A stretch of DNA of 19,202 nucleotides, from IMG/VR virus record IMGVR_UViG_2565956716_000004, one strand, 5' to 3'. This DNA is from a virus. Taxonomy: Duplodnaviria > Heunggongvirae > Uroviricota > Caudoviricetes. The number at the start of each line of letters is the position of its first letter. Within the stretch, counting starts at the first letter, position 1. Below are positions 1 to 8,768 of the stretch, piece by piece. The translations under genes and the position numbers were made by a program. A model generated the notes under the pieces. The model had not been told where the DNA came from. It saw only the letters and a list, made by a program, of their open reading frames with translations, and ran no database searches.

Positions 1-1284
1 TTACAGACTTCTGGAAGGTTGCGCAGCTCTTACAACACGCGGTTGATCTTCCGCAGCGTCTTCCAGCGCACTTAAATCACGGTCTTTCACTTCTGGCATT
101 TTCAGCGCAGAGATTAAACCAATCACTGAATATGCCATGATCATAATGGCGATCGGATACCAGGATTCCGTCATGGTGCAGAAAATACCCGCCAGGATAG
201 GACCAAAACCGGAAGCGATAAGACCACCAATTTCTTTAGAAATGGCCATCCGGGTAAAGCGGTTTTTACAGCCGAACATTTCTGCCATGGTAATGTTTTC
301 CAGAGCAAATAATCCCAGCACCGCACAGTTATGAATCACAATCAGTGCAACCATAATGGTGCTCGGGGCATAGCTTTTATCTACAATGATAGAAAGCATT
401 GGCCATGCCAGCACAATCGCGGAGGTATTCATAATAATATACGGGATCCGGCGACCAATTTTATCGGATAACCAACCAAGGAACGGAATGGTCATAAAGC
501 CGAGAATCGAACTAATCATCAATGCATCTGTTGGAATTGCTTTGTTAAACAATAACGTCTGCACTAAATAGCCTGCAAGGAAAGTCTGAATTAACCCGGA
601 GTTACCCGCCTGACCAAAACGCAGCCCTGTTGCCAGCCAGAAGGATTTGCTCTGGAACATGCTACCAGCAGGTGCAGGTTTTGCTGTGGGTTGGTTGCTG
701 TCATTAACCTTCTCAAAGACCGGGCTTTCTTTCAGATTCATACGTAACCAGATAGCAAAGACCATCACGACAACGCTCGCCAGGAACGGTATACGCCATC
801 CCCACGCCAGCAGTTCCTCTTTACTGAGAATGAAGAACATAAAGGCCCAGATTGCCGTTGCGCTCAAGGTTCCGCAGTTAGTTCCCATAGCTACAAATGA
901 GGAGATAATTCCGCGCTTACCTTTTGGTGCATATTCCGCCAGCATCGTACCGGCACCGGAAATTTCCGCACCTGCACCCAACCCCTGAATAATACGCAGC
1001 GTCACCAGCAAGATGGGGGCAAAAACACCAATCTGTGCATAGGTCGGTAACACACCAATTAAGGTGGTACAGATCCCCATCATGGTGATGGTAATAAAGA
1101 GCACTTTTTTACGCCCTATTCTGTCGCCCATTTTGCCGAAAATAAATGCTCCGACAATACGCGCCACATAACCTGCACCGTAGGTTCCCATTGCCAAAAT
1201 TAACGCCATTGCCGTTGATGATTCAGGAAAAAATATTTCATGAAACACCAACGCTGCGCCGAGCGAATATAACTGGAAATCCAT
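1..1284 (-). CDS. ydfJ: MFS-family transporter YdfJ (427-aa form; N-terminus appears truncated relative to full-length orthologues)
   Basis: ORF 1..1284 (minus), ATG at 1282-1284, TAA at 1-3. Translation is a polytopic membrane protein with MFS sugar/metabolite-transporter signatures (GxLxDRxGRR-like motifs) and matches my memory of E. coli YdfJ, the gene flanking the Qin prophage. Confidence 0.88.
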   Translation of the reverse strand: MDFQLYSLGAALVFHEIFFPESSTAMALILAMGTYGAGYVARIVGAFIFGKMGDRIGRKKVLFITITMMGICTTLIGVLPTYAQIGVFAPILLVTLRIIQGLGAGAEISGAGTMLAEYAPKGKRGIISSFVAMGTNCGTLSATAIWAFMFFILSKEELLAWGWRIPFLASVVVMVFAIWLRMNLKESPVFEKVNDSNQPTAKPAPAGSMFQSKSFWLATGLRFGQAGNSGLIQTFLAGYLVQTLLFNKAIPTDALMISSILGFMTIPFLGWLSDKIGRRIPYIIMNTSAIVLAWPMLSIIVDKSYAPSTIMVALIVIHNCAVLGLFALENITMAEMFGCKNRFTRMAISKEIGGLIASGFGPILAGIFCTMTESWYPIAIMIMAYSVIGLISALKMPEVKDRDLSALEDAAEDQPRVVRAAQPSRSL

Positions 1285-2000
1285 AATTCACAGATGTTTT
1301 TTCTCATTCTGTGGTTTCCTTGGCGCTTTCTAGGTTTTTTCAGATAGTTACATTTTTTCAAAAGCATCCTGAGTTCGATCTTACTATCTATCTGTGGCCT
1401 ATTTCTGTCCCATATATGCCCCAAAAAACACCCCAACAGATAAGCAATCTTTTCATGGTGTTACGCGTAAAAACAATAACGGCTTGAAATTATTCAATAC
1501 ACTCTCGAAAGTGCATCAGCCAACCGCAGAACGTTATTGCATACAACGTTTCTGCGGCATATCACGAAACGATTACTTAATGACTGGGACTTCAGACCAC
1601 TCAATATCCGGTACAATTATGTATCAACGCAGTTTAACAACACCCTATATTTAATCCAGAGTGCGAGCAACGTTGTCCCTTTCTCTTTTGCACTCTTAAA
1701 ATATACGATTACTTAAGTGAAGATGCTTGACGAATCGCCAAATAAAACATCTTCATCAGCATAAAAATCCATATATGATTGAAAATTTAGTCATTAATAC
1801 CATTCATATCTGAATACTAACCTAATACGCTTACTAACCGTGAGAAATCTTTTTTTTCGACTTAATCACTCGAAATAAACTTTCACTCAATTGAAAACAA
1901 TTAGCTACAATTATCATTGCAATATCAAATCAAACATAACAACTTGCATAAATTCTCATGGGATACAGCATCAGTTGTGCCAAACACATAAGGAATTGAA

Positions 2001-2198
2001 ATGGACGGAGAAAGCTTTAACTTTGATGACAATGATATTGAATTTATTGCTTCAATGTATGCATCATGTAAATTATCAGGAAGTATCGCCCCCATAATGC
2101 ATATAATGGTTAGCATTCCAAAAAATAAGAAAAAACAATTCTACGAACGAGTTGAGCATTATTGTAGTTTATATTCCAATAAAAACCCACCTTCTTAA
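2001..2198 (+). CDS. Small hypothetical protein (65 aa) in the AT-rich left-end region
   Basis: ATG at 2001 preceded by AGGA (1991-1994) at 6-nt spacing. No recognisable family. Overlapping alternative ORFs exist, so coding status is uncertain. Confidence 0.3.
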   Translation: MDGESFNFDDNDIEFIASMYASCKLSGSIAPIMHIMVSIPKNKKKQFYERVEHYCSLYSNKNPPS

Positions 2199-2342
2199 AT
2201 TCGCTGCATTCTAGTGGATTCCATTAAGAAAACAATGACATACACTCAAACACATCTTTTTTATCAACAGTGAATTTCAGTTCGGCCAGTTTTTACCAGC
2301 TATTATAAAAATAGCACCCATATAAAGTTTTTACCCCACAGG

Positions 2343-2430
2343 TACAGCTGGCCATTCGATAACCGCACTAAGGAAGTGCCAACACGACATCAGCAAGACC
2401 CGATATTTCTTCCATGCCGCCAGCAACGAT
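2343..2430 (-). pseudogene. Relic 3' end of a second tail-fibre-assembly (tfa) gene
   Basis: Reverse-strand translation reads [29 protein letters not shown], which parallels the C-terminus of the intact Tfa at 3019-3600 ([29 protein letters not shown]). Nucleotide similarity to 3030-3110 is visible by eye. No upstream coding continuation. Confidence 0.45.
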
Positions 2431-2901
2431 GTTAAGGTTAAATTAATTATAAAAAAATATATTATAATTCCATCTTCGCATTAAATTTTAACCTTTAATC
2501 TCCACACGGAACAAGTTGCATAGGTGACTATATTAAGAAAACTTATAACCACCAAAAAGATTTGCTTTGCAAGCAAAAACAGTGACCATTGACTCTAAGA
2601 AAATTCCGATCTATTGTTAGTGTCATCAAAGTTACTTAACAGTATTCCGAAATGAAAATACAAAGCAAGCTAATTGTCTTATTAAACATTATCATTGCAT
2701 TTATATTATTTGAGCTTTTAGCTCAAAAATTTGGTTTGAGTACATTATTTTAAAGCAAGATAAACAATATCGGGCACTCTAGTTTTTATAATTAACAATT
2801 AAACGCCCATAAAATGTTATTTACTTTTCTTCGCTATTGTCATATCTTAATATAGTGGCTTACGCCACTCTACTTTCATCATATTTTGTACGTTTATGTA
2901 C

Positions 2902-2932
2902 TCGCCATGAAGCTCTTTCATGGCGATTTTTT
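2902..2932 (+). terminator. Rho-independent terminator (plus strand)
   Basis: Perfect 10-bp stem tcgccatgaa (2902-2911) / ttcatggcga (2917-2926), 5-nt loop, followed by tttttt (2927-2932). Confidence 0.5.
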
Positions 2933-3018
2933 ATTCTTAATCCAAGAACATACTCCCTACCTATAGAAAAATCACTTTTTGAACAAAAGAATAACGTATT
3001 TAGGTAATCATTACGAAT

Positions 3019-3600
3019 TTACCCTATAGGTGCTACTGGCCATTCAATATCCGGTGCAGTTGTTGTATTAACACGGTTCAGCAACACCCGATACTTCTTC
3101 CAGGCTTCCAGCAACGAGATTTCTTCCTCCGTTGCAATTTCCAGATCTGCAGCATCCTGAAGCGGCGCAATATGCTCACTGGCTACCTGCATCAGGTTGT
3201 TTTTTGTTTCTTCCGCCTCCCGGATCCGGAACAGTTTTTCTGCTTCCGTATCCTTCACCCAGGCTGTGCCGTTCCACTTCTGATATTCCCCTTCCGGCGA
3301 TAACCAGGTGACATTTTCCGGTAACGAGCCAAGTTCAGAAATAAATAACGCGTCGCCGGAAGCCACGTCATAGACGGTTTTTCCCCGATGATCTTCAACG
3401 AGATGCCACGATGCCTCATCACTGTTGAAAACAGCCACAAAGCCAGCCGGAATATCTGGCGGTGCAATATCGGTACTGTTTGCTGGCAGACCTGTATGAG
3501 GCGGAATATATGCGTCACCTTCACCAATAAATTCATTAGTTCCGGCCAGCAGATTATAAATTTTTATGGTCCGTGGTTGTTCACTCATTCTGAATGCCAT
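3019..3600 (-). CDS. tfa: Tail fibre assembly protein (lambda Tfa-like)
   Basis: 193-aa product beginning [24 protein letters not shown] and ending [12 protein letters not shown], near-identical to lambda Tfa as I recall it. Its ATG (3598-3600) overlaps the stop of the upstream stf ORF in a TAATG arrangement, as in lambda. Confidence 0.9.
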   Translation of the reverse strand: MAFRMSEQPRTIKIYNLLAGTNEFIGEGDAYIPPHTGLPANSTDIAPPDIPAGFVAVFNSDEASWHLVEDHRGKTVYDVASGDALFISELGSLPENVTWLSPEGEYQKWNGTAWVKDTEAEKLFRIREAEETKNNLMQVASEHIAPLQDAADLEIATEEEISLLEAWKKYRVLLNRVNTTTAPDIEWPVAPIG

Positions 3601-5297
3601 TATGCAAGCCTCACAATATAGTTAAATGCGATGTTTTTGACGGTGTTTTCCGCGTTACCAGCAGCGTTAACGGTGATGGTGTGTCCATGTGAACCAATCG
3701 CAACGGAGTGCGTGTGTGCACCAATACCGACAGTATGTGCGTGTGCACCTGCAGATGCTGCTGTGCCGGACAGTGAGTGGCTATGGTTACCATCTGTACT
3801 GGTATTAGCTAACGCCCCCGTAGACATACCTACTGAGCCTTGTACACCCCAGGTATTTTGACCTGAGCTTGTATAACCATATTGATAAGTATCTTTAAAA
3901 ACACTGGGGTTAAATCGACGGCCATCTCTATGGCTGTGATTACCAGCTGCATTCGTGCTGCCACTTAAACTATGGGTATGCGCACCAGTGTTATTCGTGG
4001 ATTTAGTGCCGTAATCAAACGACGATGTGGTTTTCGTCCCCAAATCAGTACTGGATGCGCTGGCGCTGTGGGTATGCGATTTTATGCCGTCCTGTTCCTG
4101 AGACAATACGGCACGACCACTGGCGGGCTTGCCCTTAATCGTCCAGCCACGCATATCAGGGATCACGCCTGACGGATAAGCGGCTGCAAGTTTCGGGTAG
4201 GCAGATTTGTCAAAAGTCTGCCCCTGCATCAGGGCATAACCAGACGGAACGGTATCTGATGGCCACGGGATTGGTGCGCCGACTGGGTAGCTTTCTGGTG
4301 GAAGATTTTTCGAGGTATAAACTTCTGCCCAGTCTTCCTCAAAACCATAACCGTCTCTTGAAGAACGGTAGAACAGACCACCATTTCTGTAATGCGCCTT
4401 CATCTGCAAGGTCCGGCAACTTCCGACTCCGGTATAGAAGTTAACCAGAATATAGCTGTCGCCAGAGCGGGTGACATTATAAGCGCCTGATTCGGCATTC
4501 CAGGGAACGCCACCATCCGCATCGGCATATGTATCCGTTGCCCTTCTGGCAAAAGCAGCCACATGCGCGGCGGTTAAAGTAATATCTTTGGAACCATCAA
4601 ACTCAACACCAGAAACCCGTCTTGGCGTTTGCAGCTTTGTTGCTGTTAATGCATTACCGTTCAGACTTGCGGACAGTTTGGTTCCAATAACCAGTTCGCC
4701 GGTTGCGTTATCAATAGCAAACGGTCTTAATGTATTCCAGCCACCATAAACATCACCTTGATTGGTAAGCAGCAGGTAAGTTTTAGCGCCATCATTACGC
4801 CATAATGCCCCATACTCCCCACCTATCATTCGAATCTGATTACCACCACGCGCTACAATTTCGTCTGTGGCAAAAAGTTTTTTGCACGACAAGTTATCGT
4901 TAACGATTAATGAATGAGACTCATAAAAACCACGCCCACTCTTAAAATCAAGGATAACGTCCGCCGCGATACATTCAGTCGCCGGATTTGTTGCCCCAAA
5001 CTTATAGGTCGTATCATTAACAACGAGATCAGCACCAGGTGCGGATATTGACAGGCCATCTTCGATAAACGCAAAAACAGGGAAAGCAGCGCCATCAACA
5101 TAGAACACAGAGCGCAAATCATCGCCCTTATTACTCATCATTATTGAGTGGATGGCTCGTTCATTGTTTTGATATTGCCAGAACATTCCATAAGCATAAC
5201 GCCCCCTGTCAGTCCAGCCACCAGGCATAACAAATCCGTTATTCGAGCAACCCACCAGCGATATCAGCAGGAACAGGCAGATCACAGGTTTTTTCAC
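3600..5297 (-). CDS. stf: Chimeric ORF: lipoprotein signal at the Rz1 (o-spanin) position fused in frame to a side-tail-fibre (Stf) C-terminal region
   Basis: C-terminal ~250 aa carry lambda-Stf-type motifs ([60 protein letters not shown], HxH repeats GAHTHS/GNHSHS/GAHAHT, ending [11 protein letters not shown]). The N-terminus [18 protein letters not shown] is a lipobox signal starting with GTG at 5297, in the +1 frame inside the 3' end of Rz. The true start and the fusion junction are not resolved. Confidence 0.7.
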   Translation of the reverse strand: MKKPVICLFLLISLVGCSNNGFVMPGGWTDRGRYAYGMFWQYQNNERAIHSIMMSNKGDDLRSVFYVDGAAFPVFAFIEDGLSISAPGADLVVNDTTYKFGATNPATECIAADVILDFKSGRGFYESHSLIVNDNLSCKKLFATDEIVARGGNQIRMIGGEYGALWRNDGAKTYLLLTNQGDVYGGWNTLRPFAIDNATGELVIGTKLSASLNGNALTATKLQTPRRVSGVEFDGSKDITLTAAHVAAFARRATDTYADADGGVPWNAESGAYNVTRSGDSYILVNFYTGVGSCRTLQMKAHYRNGGLFYRSSRDGYGFEEDWAEVYTSKNLPPESYPVGAPIPWPSDTVPSGYALMQGQTFDKSAYPKLAAAYPSGVIPDMRGWTIKGKPASGRAVLSQEQDGIKSHTHSASASSTDLGTKTTSSFDYGTKSTNNTGAHTHSLSGSTNAAGNHSHRDGRRFNPSVFKDTYQYGYTSSGQNTWGVQGSVGMSTGALANTSTDGNHSHSLSGTAASAGAHAHTVGIGAHTHSVAIGSHGHTITVNAAGNAENTVKNIAFNYIVRLA

Positions 5298-5562
5298 GGC
5301 GGAGAATCTCCCGGTATTCGATTACGGTTTTTTCGGTGCTGGTGTCGATCAGGGAGTTAAGACTGTTGGCATGTTCTGCAACCTGATTGAATCGATTGAA
5401 GTTGAATGCCTGGGTGGCGATTACCTGCCCCAGCATAGAGTTGTCACTTCGCAGAACGTCGTTATCGCTCTGAAGATTACTGGCGTAAGAGCAACTCTTG
5501 ACGAGAGCGACCGAAAGGCCAGCAATAACGACAACGCCTATAAGATCCGGATTAATTTTCAT
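5239..5562 (-). CDS. Rz-like i-spanin (inner-membrane spanin subunit)
   Basis: ATG at 5560-5562 overlaps the endolysin TGA (5559-5561) as ATGA. Product [21 protein letters not shown] has an N-terminal transmembrane helix then a helical region. Position immediately after the endolysin. The supplied longer ORF (to 5655) is probably an over-extension. Confidence 0.6.
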   Translation of the reverse strand: MKINPDLIGVVVIAGLSVALVKSCSYASNLQSDNDVLRSDNSMLGQVIATQAFNFNRFNQVAEHANSLNSLIDTSTEKTVIEYREILRREKTCDLPVPADIAGGLLE

Positions 5563-6101
5563 TGCTCCAGCCCCCAGCACGCCAGTGCGCTTTCCTGATC
5601 GCGCCGCTCGACCTGCCCATAACAGCCATTCTTCTGCCCTTTTGTCAGGCGGCAATCACGCCCACCATCTTTTATCCACCAGCGAATCGCCTCGCATGCC
5701 CCCTTACGATCATCGGCATTCAGCCGCTTATAAAACGTCGACGGGAAACACTTACCGGGGCCAATGTTATAGGGACAAAATGACGCTATACCCGCTTTCT
5801 GTGGTTCGGTCAGTGGCACTTTAATATTGCGCTCCACCCATGCCAGCGCCTTATCCCGTTCAATGGCGTTAACCTGGTCGCATTTTTCCTTCGACAGTTT
5901 CATACCGGGAAAAACGGGTTTTCCATCCACCACCGTGGCACCCCGACAGATGGTCCAGATGCCGGAACCATCGCGGTATGCCGTTGTGTGGTTACCTTCT
6001 TTTTCATTCAGAAACTGGTCGAGAATATCAGGCGCAGGCGCACCGACGGCAATCAGTGCCAGAACGGCAGCCGACAGGCCGTATCTGATTTTTACGTTCA
6101 T
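5559..6101 (-). CDS. SAR endolysin, T4-type lysozyme (GH24), RrrD/RrrQ/phage-21 R family
   Basis: 180-aa product MNVKIRYGLSAAVLALIAVGAPAP (signal-anchor-release-like N-terminus) followed by EGNHTTAYRDGSGIWTICRGAT (E-D-T catalytic arrangement of T4 lysozyme family). Closely matches my memory of E. coli prophage lysozyme RrrD. No obvious Shine-Dalgarno upstream of the ATG at 6101. Confidence 0.9.
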   Translation of the reverse strand: MNVKIRYGLSAAVLALIAVGAPAPDILDQFLNEKEGNHTTAYRDGSGIWTICRGATVVDGKPVFPGMKLSKEKCDQVNAIERDKALAWVERNIKVPLTEPQKAGIASFCPYNIGPGKCFPSTFYKRLNADDRKGACEAIRWWIKDGGRDCRLTKGQKNGCYGQVERRDQESALACWGLEQ

Positions 6102-6206
6102 GGATTTTTATCAGGATTTATCGGTTTCTGAACCCTGGATATGTTTATCTGTCCCGGCCTGTTGAATCAGGCAAGGAATAGTTAAATACAATAGAGAGGA
6201 TTGTTT

Positions 6207-6479
6207 ATGGACAATAGCACCATTTCTCTACAGGAGTTGCTCGACTGCATTTCCAAGCTTCGGGATGATGTAAATGCCCTTACTGTCGCATTTTCATATC
6301 TGGCATTCTCAATTCCCAAGGAACAAATGCAACCAACACTGGCATCGCTCCAGCTTGAATCACTCAACCCCAAATGGTCCCAGCAACAACAAAATTCTTT
6401 CAAGTGGCTGGCGATATTACTGGAAGAAAAATATGCTGGTGAAATTACCATTTCGGCGGAGTCTTCAGAGAACCAGTAA
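6207..6479 (+). CDS. Hypothetical protein (90 aa) encoded antisense within the lysis cassette
   Basis: ATG at 6207 with AGAGGA (6195-6200) 6 nt upstream, TAA at 6477-6479. Helical-looking product MDNSTISLQELLDCISKLRDDVNALTVAF. Overlaps the 3' end of the ydfR-like gene by 35 nt convergently. Confidence 0.45.
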   Translation: MDNSTISLQELLDCISKLRDDVNALTVAFSYLAFSIPKEQMQPTLASLQLESLNPKWSQQQQNSFKWLAILLEEKYAGEITISAESSENQ

Positions 6480-6789
6480 TTCTTCCCGGTAGCTTTCCTT
6501 TGTAGGTTATCCACACATTCTGCGCCTCTAAAATTATGGGGCGCTTTTCCGGCGACAGCTCATCCCCTTCACATAACCCGGCAGCAACATCCAGGAAGAC
6601 CTGTCTGATGCTCCTTCTGGCTGCTGCCTCATAAAACTCCAGCGCGGCACCTTCAACACGGTCCAGCGAGATGTCCAGGTCAAAAATTTCACCGTCAAAG
6701 CGTTCTTTGTCCCGTAACGCTAAAGTTACCGTAACTTTATTCTCAAAATTGCGGATCCCTTTCACAATCAGTTCATATTTTTGAGTCAT
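6445..6789 (-). CDS. ydfR: YdfR-like (DUF1327) phage protein located between holin and endolysin
   Basis: Product MTQKYELIVKGIRNFENKVTVTLALRDKERFDGEIFDLDISLDRVEGAALEFYEAAARRS matches my memory of Qin YdfR over the N-terminal ~70 aa. The C-terminal ~40 aa appear divergent. Confidence 0.65.
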   Translation of the reverse strand: MTQKYELIVKGIRNFENKVTVTLALRDKERFDGEIFDLDISLDRVEGAALEFYEAAARRSIRQVFLDVAAGLCEGDELSPEKRPIILEAQNVWITYKGKLPGRITGSLKTPPKW

Positions 6790-6793
6790 TGAA

Positions 6794-7009
6794 TTACTCT
6801 CCCCGTGCAGCCTTACGCTTGTCTTCTTTAATCTTGAAATAAAGGTTTGTCAGGTACGTCAGCAGGCCAAATACCAGGCTACCCAGCACACCTATTGCTG
6901 CCCACTGTGAGGGCGTGACTTTATCGAGCAGCTGTAAAAACCAGTAGCCAGCACTGCCTGCGGAGGTGCCGTAGGCAATGCCTGTTGAAATTTTGTCCAT
7001 GGATTTCAT
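6794..7009 (-). CDS. Class II pinholin, phage 21 S / EssD-EssQ family
   Basis: 71-aa product [71 protein letters not shown], near-identical to S21-71 as I recall it, including the dual-start MKSM motif. ATG at 7007-7009. The supplied ORF extension to 7066 is rejected. Confidence 0.88.
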   Translation of the reverse strand: MKSMDKISTGIAYGTSAGSAGYWFLQLLDKVTPSQWAAIGVLGSLVFGLLTYLTNLYFKIKEDKRKAARGE

Positions 7010-7110
7010 AGCCTCACCCCCGCACGGAACGGATGGCATAGTTATTATGTGTAGGCTTCCAGACACATCAATCGGAGCCTTAATTGATATATATGCTGGA
7101 GACGATGCAA

Positions 7111-7135
7111 TATAAAAAGCTCGCCGTAGCGAGCT
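7111..7135 (-). terminator. Rho-independent terminator (minus strand) between the lipoprotein moron and the holin
   Basis: Stem agctcgc (7118-7124) / gcgagct (7129-7135), loop cgta. On the minus strand the hairpin is followed by a U-run (plus-strand A-run 7114-7118). Confidence 0.45.
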
Positions 7136-7260
7136 AATAAAATGTATTTCTCTGATATTATGTTTATTTGTATTAGCTCAGACTTGACATCACAGGTTTC
7201 GTATATAGAACATCATCAAATCTGTCAGTTTGCTATGAATGAGATATAGTAATTGAAGAG

Positions 7261-7656
7261 CTAACCTCGCATGTCAAAGCCAGATTTCTGAAAATCTCTG
7301 TAGACTTCCGGATTGTTGAAGGCCGGAAATTTGGCTTTATGAGCTGCGGACTTTATCGCTTCGCAATAGGCTTTATCACCGTTACTGGTAGATATTTTTA
7401 ACGCCGTGCCATCCTGAGAGAATTCCATATGCAACCTGCATTTTTTCCCTTTCCAGTTATGCGGCTCATCAAGTTTGGCATTAATTGCAGCTCTGATTCC
7501 CCGCGCTTGCGCCCCCCATTCATCCTGATCATCCCAGCGTCCTGAACTGCAACTACCTGTAGCAGTAGTTTTGTGGCAATCTGAAGGGTGTAAAGGTGTG
7601 CATCCCGCAACAAAACCGACCCAAAAAGTCAACATAACGATTTTCTTTAATCCCAC
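7261..7656 (-). CDS. Lipoprotein with divergent TolA C-terminal (domain III)-like fold
   Basis: GTG at 7654-7656 with GAGGAG 6 nt upstream. Signal peptide plus lipobox (FVAGC). C-terminal region KGKKCRLHMEFSQDGTALKISTSNGDKAYCEAIKSAAHKAKFPAFNNPEVYRDFQKSGFDMRG aligns by eye, at roughly 30% identity, to TolA domain III. Confidence 0.65.
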   Translation of the reverse strand: MGLKKIVMLTFWVGFVAGCTPLHPSDCHKTTATGSCSSGRWDDQDEWGAQARGIRAAINAKLDEPHNWKGKKCRLHMEFSQDGTALKISTSNGDKAYCEAIKSAAHKAKFPAFNNPEVYRDFQKSGFDMRG

Positions 7657-7806
7657 TTCTTGCTCCTCAATCCATTAAAATCTCAGCAATAGTAGTTGTT
7701 ACGTCCGCCACTGGCTCAGAGCTGACTATCCGCTAGATTTAGCTCAGTGCCGTAGTTGTGTCAGAACAAACCTAAGCCGAAACCGTTTATTACAAAACAA
7801 TAAATA

Positions 7807-8235
7807 TCAGGGTTTAAAATCCAGCACCCCATTTTGAAATACTTTATATACTTCCGGCGAAGGGGGGGCAGGTATATCAGCATTCTTTATCGCATTCATC
7901 GCTTCACGACATAAATCGAGGTCTCCACTTTCTCTTTTAACCTCCAGTAGAAGGCCATTCGGGGCCATATGCATTCTCAGTGTACACTCTTTTCCTGAAT
8001 ACTTACTCGCATCCCCGAACTGTTTTTCGATGGCGCTCTTGATTTGATGGGCATACAGACGGATATCCTCACTAACATCAGAAGTACGTTCAGATGAACT
8101 CACATACTGTGTCTCTATTGCTTTATCGGAGTAATATGATGTACGGTCATGATAATTTGTCGATACAGCATCAGTGCACCCGATAATAATCCCACTAATA
8201 ATCAACGTAAGAATTGATGCGCTACGAAAACCCAT
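7807..8235 (-). CDS. Lipoprotein carrying a TolA domain III homologue
   Basis: ATG at 8233-8235. Signal peptide with lipobox (IIIGC). The C-terminal 85 aa (DIRLYAHQIKSAIEKQFGDASKYSGKECTLRMHMAPNGLLLEVKRESGDLDLCREAMNAIKNADIPAPPSPEVYKVFQNGVLDFKP) align nearly residue-for-residue with the E. coli TolA C-terminus as I recall it (...YAGQIKSAIESKFYDASSYAGKTCTLRIKLAPDGMLLDIKPEGGDPALCQAALAAAKLAKIPKPPSQAVYEVFKNAPLDFKP). Confidence 0.8.
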   Translation of the reverse strand: MGFRSASILTLIISGIIIGCTDAVSTNYHDRTSYYSDKAIETQYVSSSERTSDVSEDIRLYAHQIKSAIEKQFGDASKYSGKECTLRMHMAPNGLLLEVKRESGDLDLCREAMNAIKNADIPAPPSPEVYKVFQNGVLDFKP

Positions 8236-8768
8236 TTTTCCTCACATATGTCATATAGTAAAGGATTATATATACCGTTGTTTTGGACGCTCAAACAGCG
8301 AATCAGATCAAATAAAACGCACATTTGTTAACATTTACACAAAGTCTGCGTGGGATATTCTGAAAGAATATCCATAATGTGGAGAGAATCTATTGAAGTG
8401 CATGGTGCCGGGGGCCTCCCGGTGAATTCAGTACCAGCACCTGAATCCACGATTATCCCATATACCTACTCGCTGATTGCCCCTCCGCACAGGGGGATTC
8501 ACCATGCCAGTTTCTTTTAACAAACTCCCCGCAAACCAGAGAACAGTCAACCGCCTGAATTGTGAAGTATTTAAAAATTTCTCCCGCTAACTGATACCCG
8601 GCTAACAGTCTGGCGTTTTCTTTTTCAGCAACGGGAAAGCAACAACTACCACACCCGCCACCAGCACACCGTCAGCCAGCACTGACATTATCCGGCTGCT
8701 GCAATGCCATTCACAAAAACAGTAAGCAATCACTTTTTACCGTAACAGGTGATAATCCAGATATGTAT

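Noticed and set aside
1394-1654. 86-aa plus-strand ORF and a 12-bp imperfect inverted repeat (about 1517-1550) upstream of ydfJ
   Set aside because: The translation is not protein-like. The repeat may be a regulatory site for ydfJ but cannot be assigned.
3255-4444. Several 60-93-aa ORFs nested within or antisense to tfa and stf
   Set aside because: They lie within confidently assigned tfa and stf coding sequence in other frames or on the other strand; typical ORF-finder artefacts.
6182-6514. 110-aa minus-strand ORF antisense to the 6207-6479 gene
   Set aside because: Odd composition (CCCW, Ser-rich), no ribosome-binding site, and the opposite-strand ORF has a near-ideal Shine-Dalgarno. Both cannot be confirmed without expression data.
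8602-8688. 28-aa hydrophobic minus-strand ORF (MSVLADGVLVAGVVVVAFPLLKKKTPDC)
   Set aside because: Weak or no Shine-Dalgarno and no terminator or promoter context. Could be a small membrane protein but the evidence is insufficient.
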